Assembly: GCF_006345805.1 (NCBI RefSeq)
Contig: NC_043001.1
Location: 5,766,001-5,830,000 of the forward strand
From: Octopus sinensis
Taxonomy: Eukaryota
DNA length: 64,000 nucleotides
Direction of reading: 5' to 3'
The position numbers and the translations under genes are program-made. Shown here piece after piece: positions 52,415-64,000 of the stretch (within the stretch, counting starts at the first letter, position 1; every line of letters begins with the position of its first letter). The notes beneath the pieces were generated by a model, which had not been told where the DNA came from, made no database searches, and saw nothing but the letters and a program-made list of their open reading frames with translations.

Positions 52415-55003
52415 GTGATGGGTGATTTTAACCTCCCTCATGTGAACTGGCCCACAAATACTCTGAAGTTAGGCAAGTGCTCTACATCAGATAGAGCAGC
52501 AGCAGAACTGCTCTTTAATCTAATGGATGAATACTTTCTGACTCAGCTAGTGCTCGAACAAACGAGACAGAATAAAACGATCTTGGATCTGGTATTAACC
52601 AATCACTCTAGCTTCGTTCACAGTGTTCAGTTGAAAAAACTATCCTCTCAGACCACGACGTGGTACTCAGCAATTTTAATTCTCGAGATATAAAAACCAA
52701 ACCAGCCAATCCCACTCCATGACACCCATTTGACAACATAAACTTCCACAAAGCGGACTGGGGATCAATCAGAAAGGATCTGTCTTCCATCGACTGGTCT
52801 TTTACTCTCAATTCCCCTCATATTGAGACCGCGTGGCAGCACTTTGAAACCATTGTCACCAACACATGCTCTAAACACGCTCCCAAGAAATCTACTAACA
52901 CAAACAGAAACCGGCTCCCTAAAAAGAAAAAAACACTCATCAGGCGCATCAAAAGACTCAACAAAAAAATCAACCAATTAAAATATTCCCACACGCAACA
53001 TCCACATTCAACAACAATGAAAAGACTAGAGCTGGAAAAACTTCATCTGCAGACTAACATGAAAACCTCCATTGAAAATCAAAGAGCTGTGGAGGAACAG
53101 TGGGTAATCAAAAACATCAAACAGAACCCAAAAGTGTTCTATTCTTATGCAAATAAGCATAGAACCACTGTCTCACCCATTGGGCCATTGATCGATGATA
53201 ACGGCATTCCCCAAAACGATGCTAAAGAAATTAAAGAAATACTGCAGAAACAATACTGCTCTGTCTTTAGTGTTCCCACTGATATTGACGTAAGAGAAGC
53301 GAACGAAGTTGACTCCCAACATAAAATCTCTGCCACTGACATCGTAGCAGTAATAAATGAGGTCAAATACTACTCTGCTGTAGGCCCTGATAGATTTCCC
53401 CGCTAGTCTCCTGAAGGAACGTAGACACCAACTTGCAGTCCCTCTGACCAGCCTCTGGAGAAATTCGTTAGACGCAGGTTATATACCGAAACAGTTTCTA
53501 TCCCAGTCAGTCATCCCGGTTTTCAAACAGGGAAACAAATCCCTCGCACTCAACTATCGCCCAATCTCACTCACCTCCCACATCATTAAAGTATTTGAAA
53601 GAGTGTTAAGATCAAGTATAGCTAACTTCCTGGAGACCCACAAACTCCTAAATGCAAATCAGCATGGCTTTCGCTGTGACAGGGACTGTCTAACACAGCT
53701 CTTACACCACATTGAAGATGTACTCAAAGCCTTGGGAACAGGTTCGAACTCTGACGTCATATATCTTGACCTCAGTAAAGCGTTCGACAGGGTAGACCAT
53801 AATATCCTACTCTCAAAATTGGCAAATGTTGGAATCGGTGGAAAAGTTCTACACTGGATTAAGTATTTCCTGGCGAATAGAACACAACATGTTGTAGTAG
53901 ATGGAATCCACTCAAGCCCAGCAAAAGTCACCCGCGGTGTCCCTCAGGGGACTGTCGTGGGTCCGCTACTCTTCATAATTTACATAACCGACCTTTCCAT
54001 GTCGTACATTACTGCAAAGTGAAAATATTTGCTGATGACACTAAGCTCCAGCAAATCGTCAATGAAGAAGCAGACCGAACTCAACTCCAGTCTGATCTAT
54101 ATGCTGTGAGTCAATTGGCAGACAGAAACAAAATGCAACTGAACGAGGGAAAATTTGAGCTGATGCATTTTGGAAGAAATTCCTCACTAAAACAGCCATA
54201 CTCTCTTCCTTCAGGAGAACCGCTCACAGCCTCTAACAATATCAGAGACCTGAGTGTAATTGTTGATGACGATCTCAGTTGGAGTGCACACATCAACAAG
54301 AAGGTCGATATAGCTCGTAGGATTAGTTCCTGGATCTTAAGAACTTTCCGGTCCAGAGAATAAGGTGTCATCATACCACTTTTCTCCTCCTTTATACGGC
54401 CACACCTCGAATACTGCTGCCCACTGTGGTCTCCCCATACAAGACAAAACATCTCGAGGATTGAGTCACCCCAGACGGCACTCACTAAACGAATTCAAGG
54501 CATGGCTGCTCTCGATTATTGGGATCGCCTTAAAGAAACTTTACTCTCTCCAGCGTCGCCGTGACCGGTTCATCATTTATACGATGTGGAGAATATACCG
54601 CCAACTTTGCCCAAACGACCTGAACATTAGCTTCAAGGTTCATTCAAGACTGGGACCACGGGCCATACGTCCCCTGCCCAATTCAAGATCACAGCATACA
54701 TGTGCACTGCAACATAATTTCTTTTCCTCAACAGGCCCTGCCCTATTTAACATTGTCTCGAAAGAGATCAAAGGGGAAAAGGATCCCATGAACTTTAAAT
54801 GGAGTCTGGATAGATTCCTTCAAAGAATACCAGATAATCCACCCATAATTGGATACAACTCACCCAACAAGAACTCACTACTTGAATGGACCATAAACAA
54901 AAACTTGACTGAAACAGGATTCGAATAATCCTATCATGTGGTGCTATTAAGTTAGACGTGACCTGGACCAATCTTTGGTCGAAACATATCTGAGTTTATC
55001 TAA

Positions 55004-55008
<5 letters not shown>
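52415..55008 (+). mobile_element. 5'-truncated, decayed CR1-group LINE (APE endonuclease C-terminal half + RT), a different family from 1-2218
   Basis: MGDFNLPHVNW, ILDLVLTN, SDH (APE); QHGFR, YLDLSKAFD, GVPQGTVVGP, FADD, YCCPLWSP, SLQRRRDR (RT); several frameshifts and stops; 3' hairpin GACCAA-TCT-TTGGTC-GAAAC and tail (CTRAGTTTA[T])2. Confidence 0.95.
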
Positions 55009-55086
<78 letters not shown>

Positions 55087-55699
55087 TATAGTTTTAGGTG
55101 TGGTGTACAGTAATTGCATATTGCGGAAACAGGTCGCCAGAATTTTGGAAAAAAATATTTTTATCTATACATTATTATTAGCGCTTTCGTGCCTTTCACG
55201 AACTTAAAATAGAATTTTGTGAATGTACAAACGAATTATTCATTCAAATAAAGCAGATGTCGTTTGTGGGGTTTTGTTAAGAAGAGGAGAATGTTGTTTT
55301 TGTTTATTGTGGTGAGGTTCCATGACAATAGAGATAGATAGATAGGTAGGTAGATACATAGAAATGTAGATAGGTAGGTACAGAGAGGAGGAGAGAGAGG
55401 AAGGGAAGGGGATACCCATCTTATTCACTATTCATTTATTCACGTAGTCATTTACCATTGTATAGAAATGGGTTTAAGGATGGTGACTTCTTCAAGAAAT
55501 AAGTGCAATATGGTCCTTACTGAAAGTCTCTCTGTTTACTTTCTTTTTTTTCTTTTCTTCCCTTCCTTCTTTTCCCTTTCCTTTCGTTTTTTTTTCCTTT
55601 TTATACACACGCACACAAACACACACACATATATATATATATATACAAATGAGGAGACAAAAAAAAAGAAGGCCACTCGACAAATTTATTGGGAGTCAC

Positions 55700-56553
55700 A
55701 TGTATGGAACAAAATATTCTGATTCCAGTTCTTTGGTATTCTTGAGTTTCAAGCGTTTTGCTAGATGTCAACTCCGCACTTGAAATGCTTGAAACACGTA
55801 GACGATTAGCACGATTCGGTATTATAAACTCTGTCTTTTGTCGAGTAACCACAGATTGCTTTCAGACAAACTTTGTAGAAAATGTCTAGTTAGTTAATAT
55901 GTCGGCTATAGTGTAACCACGATTGTGAGCCATACAAGACAGTACTAAGAATGGCACCTTTATATTCCTGTACCTTGGAGTCAAGTTTGATGTCCTTTTC
56001 ATTTCATAGGCGATGACGAGGTTTCCTAAATATGTTGGTTGACAGTTTCATCATCAAGGGAAGCGCGCGGATGCAATTTACTGCCAAGATATATAAATGA
56101 CTTCATATGATAAACATTTCTCCCATCAACCTATACACGAGAGTCGGAAAAATTGTGAACTAATGGCCATGCTTGTTAGCACGAATTTCTTTAGGTGTAG
56201 GACAAGGTTAGTGGATTACATCTGTGTTCTTTATGCGGATGGTCAAACCAAAGACCGTACTTGCAGCAGAAAATTCTCTAGAATTTCCTCCGCTATCTTA
56301 AATGACGTCGCTACTAGTGCAGTATCATCTGAAAAAAGTAGATCAAGAATGATAACTGATGCTTCGCAGTGTTCTGGTTTTTAATCGCTGATGATTGTAT
56401 AATCCACAACTTGTTCGAAACTGGAATTTGCCACCAATTTGTATGTCTCCAAAAGCATACTTCAGCACCACTGTAAAGAACAGTGGGAACAAAATCTTGC
56501 TTTGTGACATTTGTAACGCCGAAGGAGGCCGAAGATTCCACACCCGACACGAT
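55700..56553 (-). pseudogene. Decayed RTE-clade LINE RT fragment
   Basis: Minus strand: [62 protein letters not shown], all typical of RTE/BovB-like RT. Confidence 0.8.
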
Positions 56554-56628
<75 letters not shown>

Positions 56629-56713
56629 GCATACATACATATATATGTACACGTACACAGACACACACACATATATACATACCTAAATACATGCAAATAC
56701 ACCTATCTCTCTC

Positions 56714-56812
<99 letters not shown>

Positions 56813-57047
56813 CTGTCTGATAAGCTGCAACTTAGAAATCAGAAGAACTGGATGTGGAGATCTATTTCGCTCAATTGTTCTAGTCTTGGTATTTAAGTTA
56901 TCTTTTTTTAAACGGTATTTCTAACTATCTATTCATCTATCTTTCGTTGAATCTATATTTCTCTCAATTTTCCTCCCCCTCCCTCTCTCTACCCTCTCTA
57001 CCCTCTATTTATCTTCTCTCTCTCTCTATCTCTCACTCGCTCTCTCA

Positions 57048-57100
<53 letters not shown>

Positions 57101-57204
57101 ATCTCATCGCAGGGGATTTGAATTAGATCAAGCGATAGTGAAGTAAAAATTAGAACTTCTTGGTATGAGTTGAAATGTATTCTAAAGTCTACAACACACA
57201 CACA

Positions 57205-57254
<50 letters not shown>

Positions 57255-58177
57255 ACACGCACACATATATGCTGTATAGTTTAGAATGCATTTTAACACA
57301 TTTATAACACACACTTGGTTCTAATTTTCTAATTTCCATTACACTATCCTCTGCGATATGAGCCTTTCTCATTTGAACATTTTTCATCTTCTTTATGCCG
57401 TCCTTGATTCCTTTCTCCGTCTGTTTTATATCCTCCTTCACAATCCACTTTAATAATATAATTTGCTGCTGAGAAAGGAGTGGTCTCTGAAATATTTCAT
57501 ACCCATGTCCCTCATCTTGTCAGGCGTTAAACTGATAAAATATTTGTTACTTTCAAAATATATATGTGCGTATATATGTATGTATGTATATGTTTGACAA
57601 TGTATATGTAGATATATATATATGTAAATATGTATACATATATGTATGAGTGTGTATGTGTTTAAACAGAGAGAGAAAGGAGAGAAAAACGCACATATTT
57701 ATGGAATTTTATTTACCATACTTAATTTTCTACAATGTTGTGCATCATTGATATTAAATGTAGAATTTAGGCCAAGTATATGTACATTCACGGGAAGATT
57801 GCCAATAGCTTTATGTGTCAATGTCTGAAATTTCACAGAATTTGTTCTGACATTTATACGTGGAGATTAATAGTACAGTCGATATAAGGATTCATAGCGC
57901 CGAATATATAATTGCATTTGAGCAAAGTTTCGTTATCATTTAAAGAATGAAGTTAGTTATAAAGTTGTATTTAATATAGATACGCTTATAACCTATGTGT
58001 GTCCATTCATTTTTACTATGATTCCCAATGTAGTATTTAAAAAACATCACTTCTATAATGATAAATATTTTGCGATACGAGTGAGGTTTATGTTTCCTTG
58101 TCTTACAAAAGATAAGATGTGTATGTATGTGTCCACAAATGTGCGTGTATATGTGTATGTCTGTGTGCGCATGTGAG

Positions 58178-58225
<48 letters not shown>

Positions 58226-59698
58226 TAGACAGTAACAACTAGAAAAACAGTTATTCGTTTAGGAAAACAATACATTCAGTATAAACATTCATATTACAAA
58301 ATGAAAATTATTCTCTTTAGCTGTTTGTATATTTTGCAGACAAGCAAGTGTATATATGTGTGTGTATGTGTGTGTGAATGCATGTATGTGTACATATGCA
58401 TGTATCTTTATACAGCGATGGGAAAATGATCTCTATGGACTTGAATGAAAGACTGAATATGAATTTAACATATGGTGTCTGTATTGAGAGTGGATGATGC
58501 TTGCAGTGTTAGAAAACATTAAGCAAGTGTGGCGATGTATAGTGCGATGTGCGTATAATGGGCATGTAAATGATATTAAAGAAGTCATGGGTGAGTATAA
58601 GATGTTTGATCGAAGAAAATGAGACCTATGGCAGATGGTGTTTAAAAGAATGAGACACAGATTGAACACTCCATATATACAACACGATTTACACGAATCG
58701 TTAAAAGCATTCCGAAGCAAGACATACGGAGCACGAATTTCGGCAACTGAACCGTTTCAAATGAGAGATGCGGTCGAATGCTTTACTTAATATTGCATAC
58801 TCCAAATCTATATAATATGAGAGCTCTGGGTTTGAGGCGGAGGAAAGTGATTCAAAGATAATGAGTTGTTTTCAGAAAACTATAGAGATGTTCGTAGAAC
58901 GAGGAATCCCGTAAGGTGTTTTAAGAATATCGTTTTATTAACTCAGAATCGTATTAACTCAAAAACGTTAGACTTGTGAGTGATATGAGGATACTTTACG
59001 AAAGCATATAAAGTTTGGACAGTTCGGGTGTTGAAGACACTACAAATTTATTCATTGTTCATTTTAACATATTTAATGCATTCACTAGATATATGAGATA
59101 TTTTCAAAATATTATAAATCGCACGAAGGGAATGAAATTAAGAAACCACCGGAAAATCTCATTGTCTGCTCACTTACCGCATATTTGCAATTCAAAAATG
59201 ACTTCGTTATATTTAAATTAATTCTTCATATTTCGTTATGACTATATTGGTGGGTTTCGCAGATGGAATATAGTTTGCGATTTATAGATTCGGAATTGCA
59301 TTTGCTTAAAGTATTCAGCACAGAAAATAATATTTGATGCCACAGTATTCAGCATCGTTTTTTTGTCTCTCATTAGCTTTATTACTGTCACCGAATAGGT
59401 AACGAAAATTCAGGTTGCATATTGTCAGGCAATAGCTAATATATGTGACAATATACTTGAACATCAAATACATTTCCAATATTATTGCACACATTTATTT
59501 ACGGGATTATTTATCCACCAACAAATGTAGTTTTACTGTAACACATTCAGAATAATAAAATCATTTTAACTTGTATTAGATACTGTGTTCTGCCCGACCG
59601 CTGGATGGAAAAGAATACCATATCTACGTATGAATTGGGAGTAAATAGCAAAAATACTGTTGAGCGGTCTCTTTCTTTCCATCTCATTTCTCTCTCTG

Positions 59699-59740
<42 letters not shown>

Positions 59741-60029
59741 GCACACACTCCCTGTTTCTCTTGGGAAACAAAACAAAAGAAGAAAAGTGAGAGTTTCCGA
59801 AACAGGTTTTTATGAGAAAGCCAGAATTGGGATCGGGAATGATGCAGGGAAACAAAACATATTAGTGAAGTAGGAATGGCCAAAAAAATTGCAGATGAAG
59901 AAGTCTGATAAATGCATTTCCTCACATTATGAGTAATGCATTACTGTAAGGAAAATTCGTACAATATATTGTTAAGTGTGTGTGTGTGTGTTCGAGAGTG
60001 TATGATTGTGAGCGTGGGTGTGAGATTGG

Positions 60030-60121
60030 GAGATATGATATATATATATATATATAAAACTGATATATGTTATATGGATAGGATTATATACATATATACA
60101 GAGATGATATATGAATATATA

Positions 60122-60153
<32 letters not shown>

Positions 60154-60275
60154 CTAGCGTGTGAGATATGATATATATATACATATATGTATGTATAAAA
60201 CAGATATATATTATATGAACATGTTTATAAATATATATACAGAGACGATATATGAATATATACATGTGTGTGTAT
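60030..60275 (+). repeat. Two-unit tandem duplication (~130 bp) of low-complexity sequence
   Basis: GAGATATGATATATAT…TATAAAAC.GATATAT…ATATACAGAGAYGATATATGAATATATACATGTGTGTG occurs twice. Confidence 0.7.
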
Positions 60276-63200
60276 GTATGTATATGTGTGTGTGTGTTGA
60301 TGTATGTATGTGAAAATCCAGGCCGGTATTTTTTTATGTTAGATTACCTTTTCACTAAATTATCATTTTCATCAGACTCTATTTGGTTATCATGTTCTCT
60401 TTATTTTATTTCATTTTTTTCATAAGGCCTGAACGATATTTCTGGACTGACCAGAAAGGCACTCATACATAATAAATGATGTTATATTTACTATAGCGCT
60501 CCTCCAATTGCAACTCAAATAATCGTTGCTGTATATCTATGGCTTTCACTGATCGCAGTGTCAAAGAAATAATAATAGCATTACAACCGTCATAATATAT
60601 TCTCGCATCTACATACTCTTCAACTTATCTTCATGCCATCGACTTCAAAGAGAACAACTTTAAATAAAAAATATATATAATAACGTGTCAATTTAAGCCC
60701 AGATACATTTGGTTCAGTGAGACTTGATTGGATGCCAACACAATTGTGAATTTATGGGAAGTTATGTGACATACCTGAATAAGTTAAAGAAACTTTGTTC
60801 CATCCAGAGTAATAAGCATTCTCTTATCAAGTGTTGGATGTGTTCAAAGCTAGGAAGTATGCATAAAGCTGTTACTGGCTACCATAAACTAAGTTGAATA
60901 CTTATAACATCCAAGGCGAACATGAGTTATTATCATTCTAATCCTTACATTCTAGAAATAACCATTAGCTGGAATATATTGTGCACACCTTACATGAAAC
61001 AATGATTATGTACAGCATGGCAATGTGCAAGGTAATTATATTGCCTAGGGATATCTTTGATATTGCAATTTTCTGTAATCTCTGGTGCTTAAGTTTTCGA
61101 AAGCTTTGACAAAACCCTTGTGTTTCATTTCAGTAGTACTGATATATGGTTAGATGTTAATAAGATATTCATAATACGATGAATTCCTCGTTTATTTAGT
61201 TCCAGAAACTGCTCAGGGAAAGAGATAAACAAACATTTTCTTTAATCTTTTGACTTGATTATTTCACTATATTCCTTTGTTATTTCTTTCAAATATACTT
61301 CCGAATATTTTTAGCAAAGTAGCATTACAGATTGCTTTATCATCAAATATTAGGAATACAGGATCAGTTCAAATTTAACAATTCCACTATGATATTATTG
61401 CAAATATGTACAACAGTTTTATTGCAGAATATTGAAAAAGTACTAAGAGATACAGCAGTAACTTTCAAGGAAAAAAACATCCTTACATTCGCAATTTTGA
61501 CATAAATATTTCAAACATGGATATGTTCGCTATAGCTGAAACTGGGACTTCTTGGTACCAATAATGAAACATTATAAATCTTACGTAAAAGTGTTCAGTT
61601 TGTGTCATTAATGCATGTGAAACAAATTTATATTCATTAAGAAAACATTTATCTCACCGGAAAACAAATCAGACTTACAAAACACAAGTCACTATTGAGA
61701 AGAATGAAAGAGTTTTCCAAGCAATACCACACCAACACTAACTTTTAACATACAAACAACACATAAAAGCAGAACAATGGTAAATAAATATAACGTATAA
61801 TATCGCTTGAGTGAAAGAATTCATTAAAAAGAAGTACCTGGATCTGGAATGAAGGAGAGCAATTGAATTCTAAGATCTAAAGAGATATTTCGCCTACGCA
61901 AATGTTCAATTGCACAGATCCATTTCAGCGTAGTTGAAAGATCGAGCATTCTTTTCAGATCTAACCTTTTTCCACCGCACTATTCCATTCTACAACTGAA
62001 ACTCAGCAAATGCAAGCATATGGACAAAATTCTCTTAGCAAACTGGAGGATAACACTCTCTCTAGACTGAGCGGCTGTCTCACAAAATTTTAAAGGGATC
62101 TCTTTTGAGCTATTTTGCAACAAGTAGATTAAATATTGCTTCCACGGCCAAAAGAGACGTAACTCTAATTTTCTTATATTCTTCAGTTAATACTTCCCGT
62201 TAAAATATTGGCGTCGAACTTCCCATATTCTCTACCTCGTGATTTTTCATATAACATCATCTTGCTTTTCAAATTGAACAAATGAATAGACCAGGAAAGG
62301 ATAAATATACGTGTGTATGTATGTGTGCATGCATATGTGTGCGTACCTTTGTGATGATATATTAATTCTCTATCTCTTGGTGTTCCTCTGTATTACTTTA
62401 TACAGATTAAAGTCTCTAGCTTCAGAGATATTTCGATTTCTACGTTTTTCCATTATATATATCCTCACTCCTCCCCACACAATCATTTTCTACATATTTC
62501 GATGTGACGTTAAATCGATCTCTCTATAATTATGCTTCACTTATGTTTAATCAGATAAACCGAAACACATACTGAAAAACAAAGAATGACCGCCATAATA
62601 CTTGTATTTCCTTTCGTTTGTTTTAAATATTGCAGATGATATCATATTCTTTCGAGAAAGTTAGAACCAAGAAATATTTACTTCTTAAAGGTAAACTATG
62701 ACATATTTAGTTTGATATTGTTGTATTCTAGCGTAGTTTATTGGCGTATAATATTGTTAAAACATTTGTATTCACGATAGCGTACTGCATATCTGTTGAA
62801 TATCAGACTAAACTTATGTCACATGTGTGACTACATTCCACGCTCATAAACACAAAATCTCAACCAGCTCTTGAATATTTTCACAAAGAATTATTATGCA
62901 CAGTGGGTGAGAGAGTATATTTTTGAAATTTATGTTGTCTAGACTTTTGTATGAACATTATCAGAGATACATAGCTTATGTATATTACTATAGAATTAAA
63001 TTCACTTGTATAAATCATAGGATAAGATATAACATTATGCCAATCAATGTCATTTTCAGCTAAACTTGAAATCTTGCAGTTTCTATCACTTGCGTTAATC
63101 ACTGTATGATCACCTCAGGAAATGAAGTGTTCTCTTTTAATACCGATATACCTAGAGATGCACATATATTCATACATATTTATATTGTTGCGTGTATCTG

Positions 63201-63584
63201 TAATCTAATGTTGCAAATCAAATCTTATAGCTGTATATCTCTCATGTTCTCATAGACAAATCGACTCACACAAATCATCTGTTCTGTTGGTCTTCATACG
63301 CTATATGAATATATGTATTTACAACATAAATTCAAATTTCCCGAGGAAAACAAATCTTATAATATGTAGTAGAGACTCCACAAGGAATAAACTTATCAAT
63401 TGTAATTCTTGTTAAAGTAATGGACATAATAAATTGTGAATTAAATTTATGCCTCTTCTGTTCTGCGTTCAACGAAGGCGCAAGTAAACTTTGACATTAA
63501 TCTTTTGCATCTACAGCTCCACTGAATTATAAGAACCAACGCGAGTATTATAAGCAAGATTTAGATAAAAGTATTGTACACTCG

Positions 63585-63797
63585 GAGAGGATTGCTAAGA
63601 GGTTTGCTTCCGAATCCTATGGTTCCGGGATCGCTCCCACTGTTTTCGGGCAAGTGTTTTCTACCATAATCTCGGACGGACAAAAGCCTCGTGAATTCAC
63701 ATTGTAGACTAAAACTGAAGGATGCCTGTCAAATATATGAATGCATATGTGTGCGTGTGCAAGTGCCCCAGCATGACCGTAGTCAAACGACTGAAGG
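63585..63797 (+). mobile_element. Old, internally deleted SINE with CR1-like tail
   Basis: ATGGTTCCGGGATCGCTCCCACTG…GGGCAAGTGTTTTCTAC…GTGCCCCAGCATGACCGTAGTCAAACGACTGAA. Confidence 0.75.
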
Positions 63798-64000
63798 AAA
63801 GATAAATGTAAAAGAATGAAAGGACAGAGTTGCAGTTTGGCTTAATCGTCAGAAACCTCGTTTCACAGTACACAACTCCCACGTTCGTTCCTAGTGCAAG
63901 TGCCATGTTTTTTGTGCCCCCAAACCGGTCAATGCTGTCACTAGCAGAAACACTTAAACTGTGGGGAAGTCTGTCAGTTAGATTGTCTGCATAATTTAAA

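Noticed and set aside
2209-60265. Dozens of ORFs rich in YI/IY, CV/VC, HT, poly-N/I/L/T/S
   Set aside because: Translations of (TA)n, (TG)n, (AAT)n and (CTA)n microsatellites; no domain signal.
60300-62300. Possible very old hAT transposase on the minus strand
   Set aside because: Only vague motifs (LIFDD…, GFVK, HCF), no TIRs or ORF; cannot be supported without a profile search.
1-64000. CRISPR arrays, operons or prokaryotic defence systems
   Set aside because: No repeat-spacer arrays or prokaryotic gene organisation; the window is eukaryotic repeat-rich DNA.

Overview
AT-rich, microsatellite-saturated animal genomic DNA with no recognisable host protein-coding exon, rRNA, true tRNA gene or CRISPR. 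The SINE/LINE repertoire looks like an octopus or other coleoid cephalopod (inference from recalled repeat families, not a database search). Most predicted ORFs are artefacts of (TA)n/(TG)n/(AAT)n. Real coding remnants are all retrotransposons: two CR1-group LINEs (1-2218, nearly intact; 52415-55008, decayed), R4/Dong-like restriction-like-endonuclease elements in (TAA)n arrays (tandem pair 33294-35443, plus 19668-19885 and 6720-7330), an RTE RT remnant (55700-56553) and a probable Penelope GIY-YIG remnant. About 20 tRNA-derived SINEs are built from shuffled body and tail modules. The most notable signal, absent from the ORF track, is about 10 minimal type-I hammerhead ribozyme motifs of the Penelope-like-element (PLE) type from several unrelated repeat families. 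They include a Pol III tRNA-headed element ending in a hammerhead with an inverted copy (15280-15710), and recurring non-canonical cores (CUGUNGA, CCGACGA). All alignments and folds were done by eye, so boundaries are approximate.
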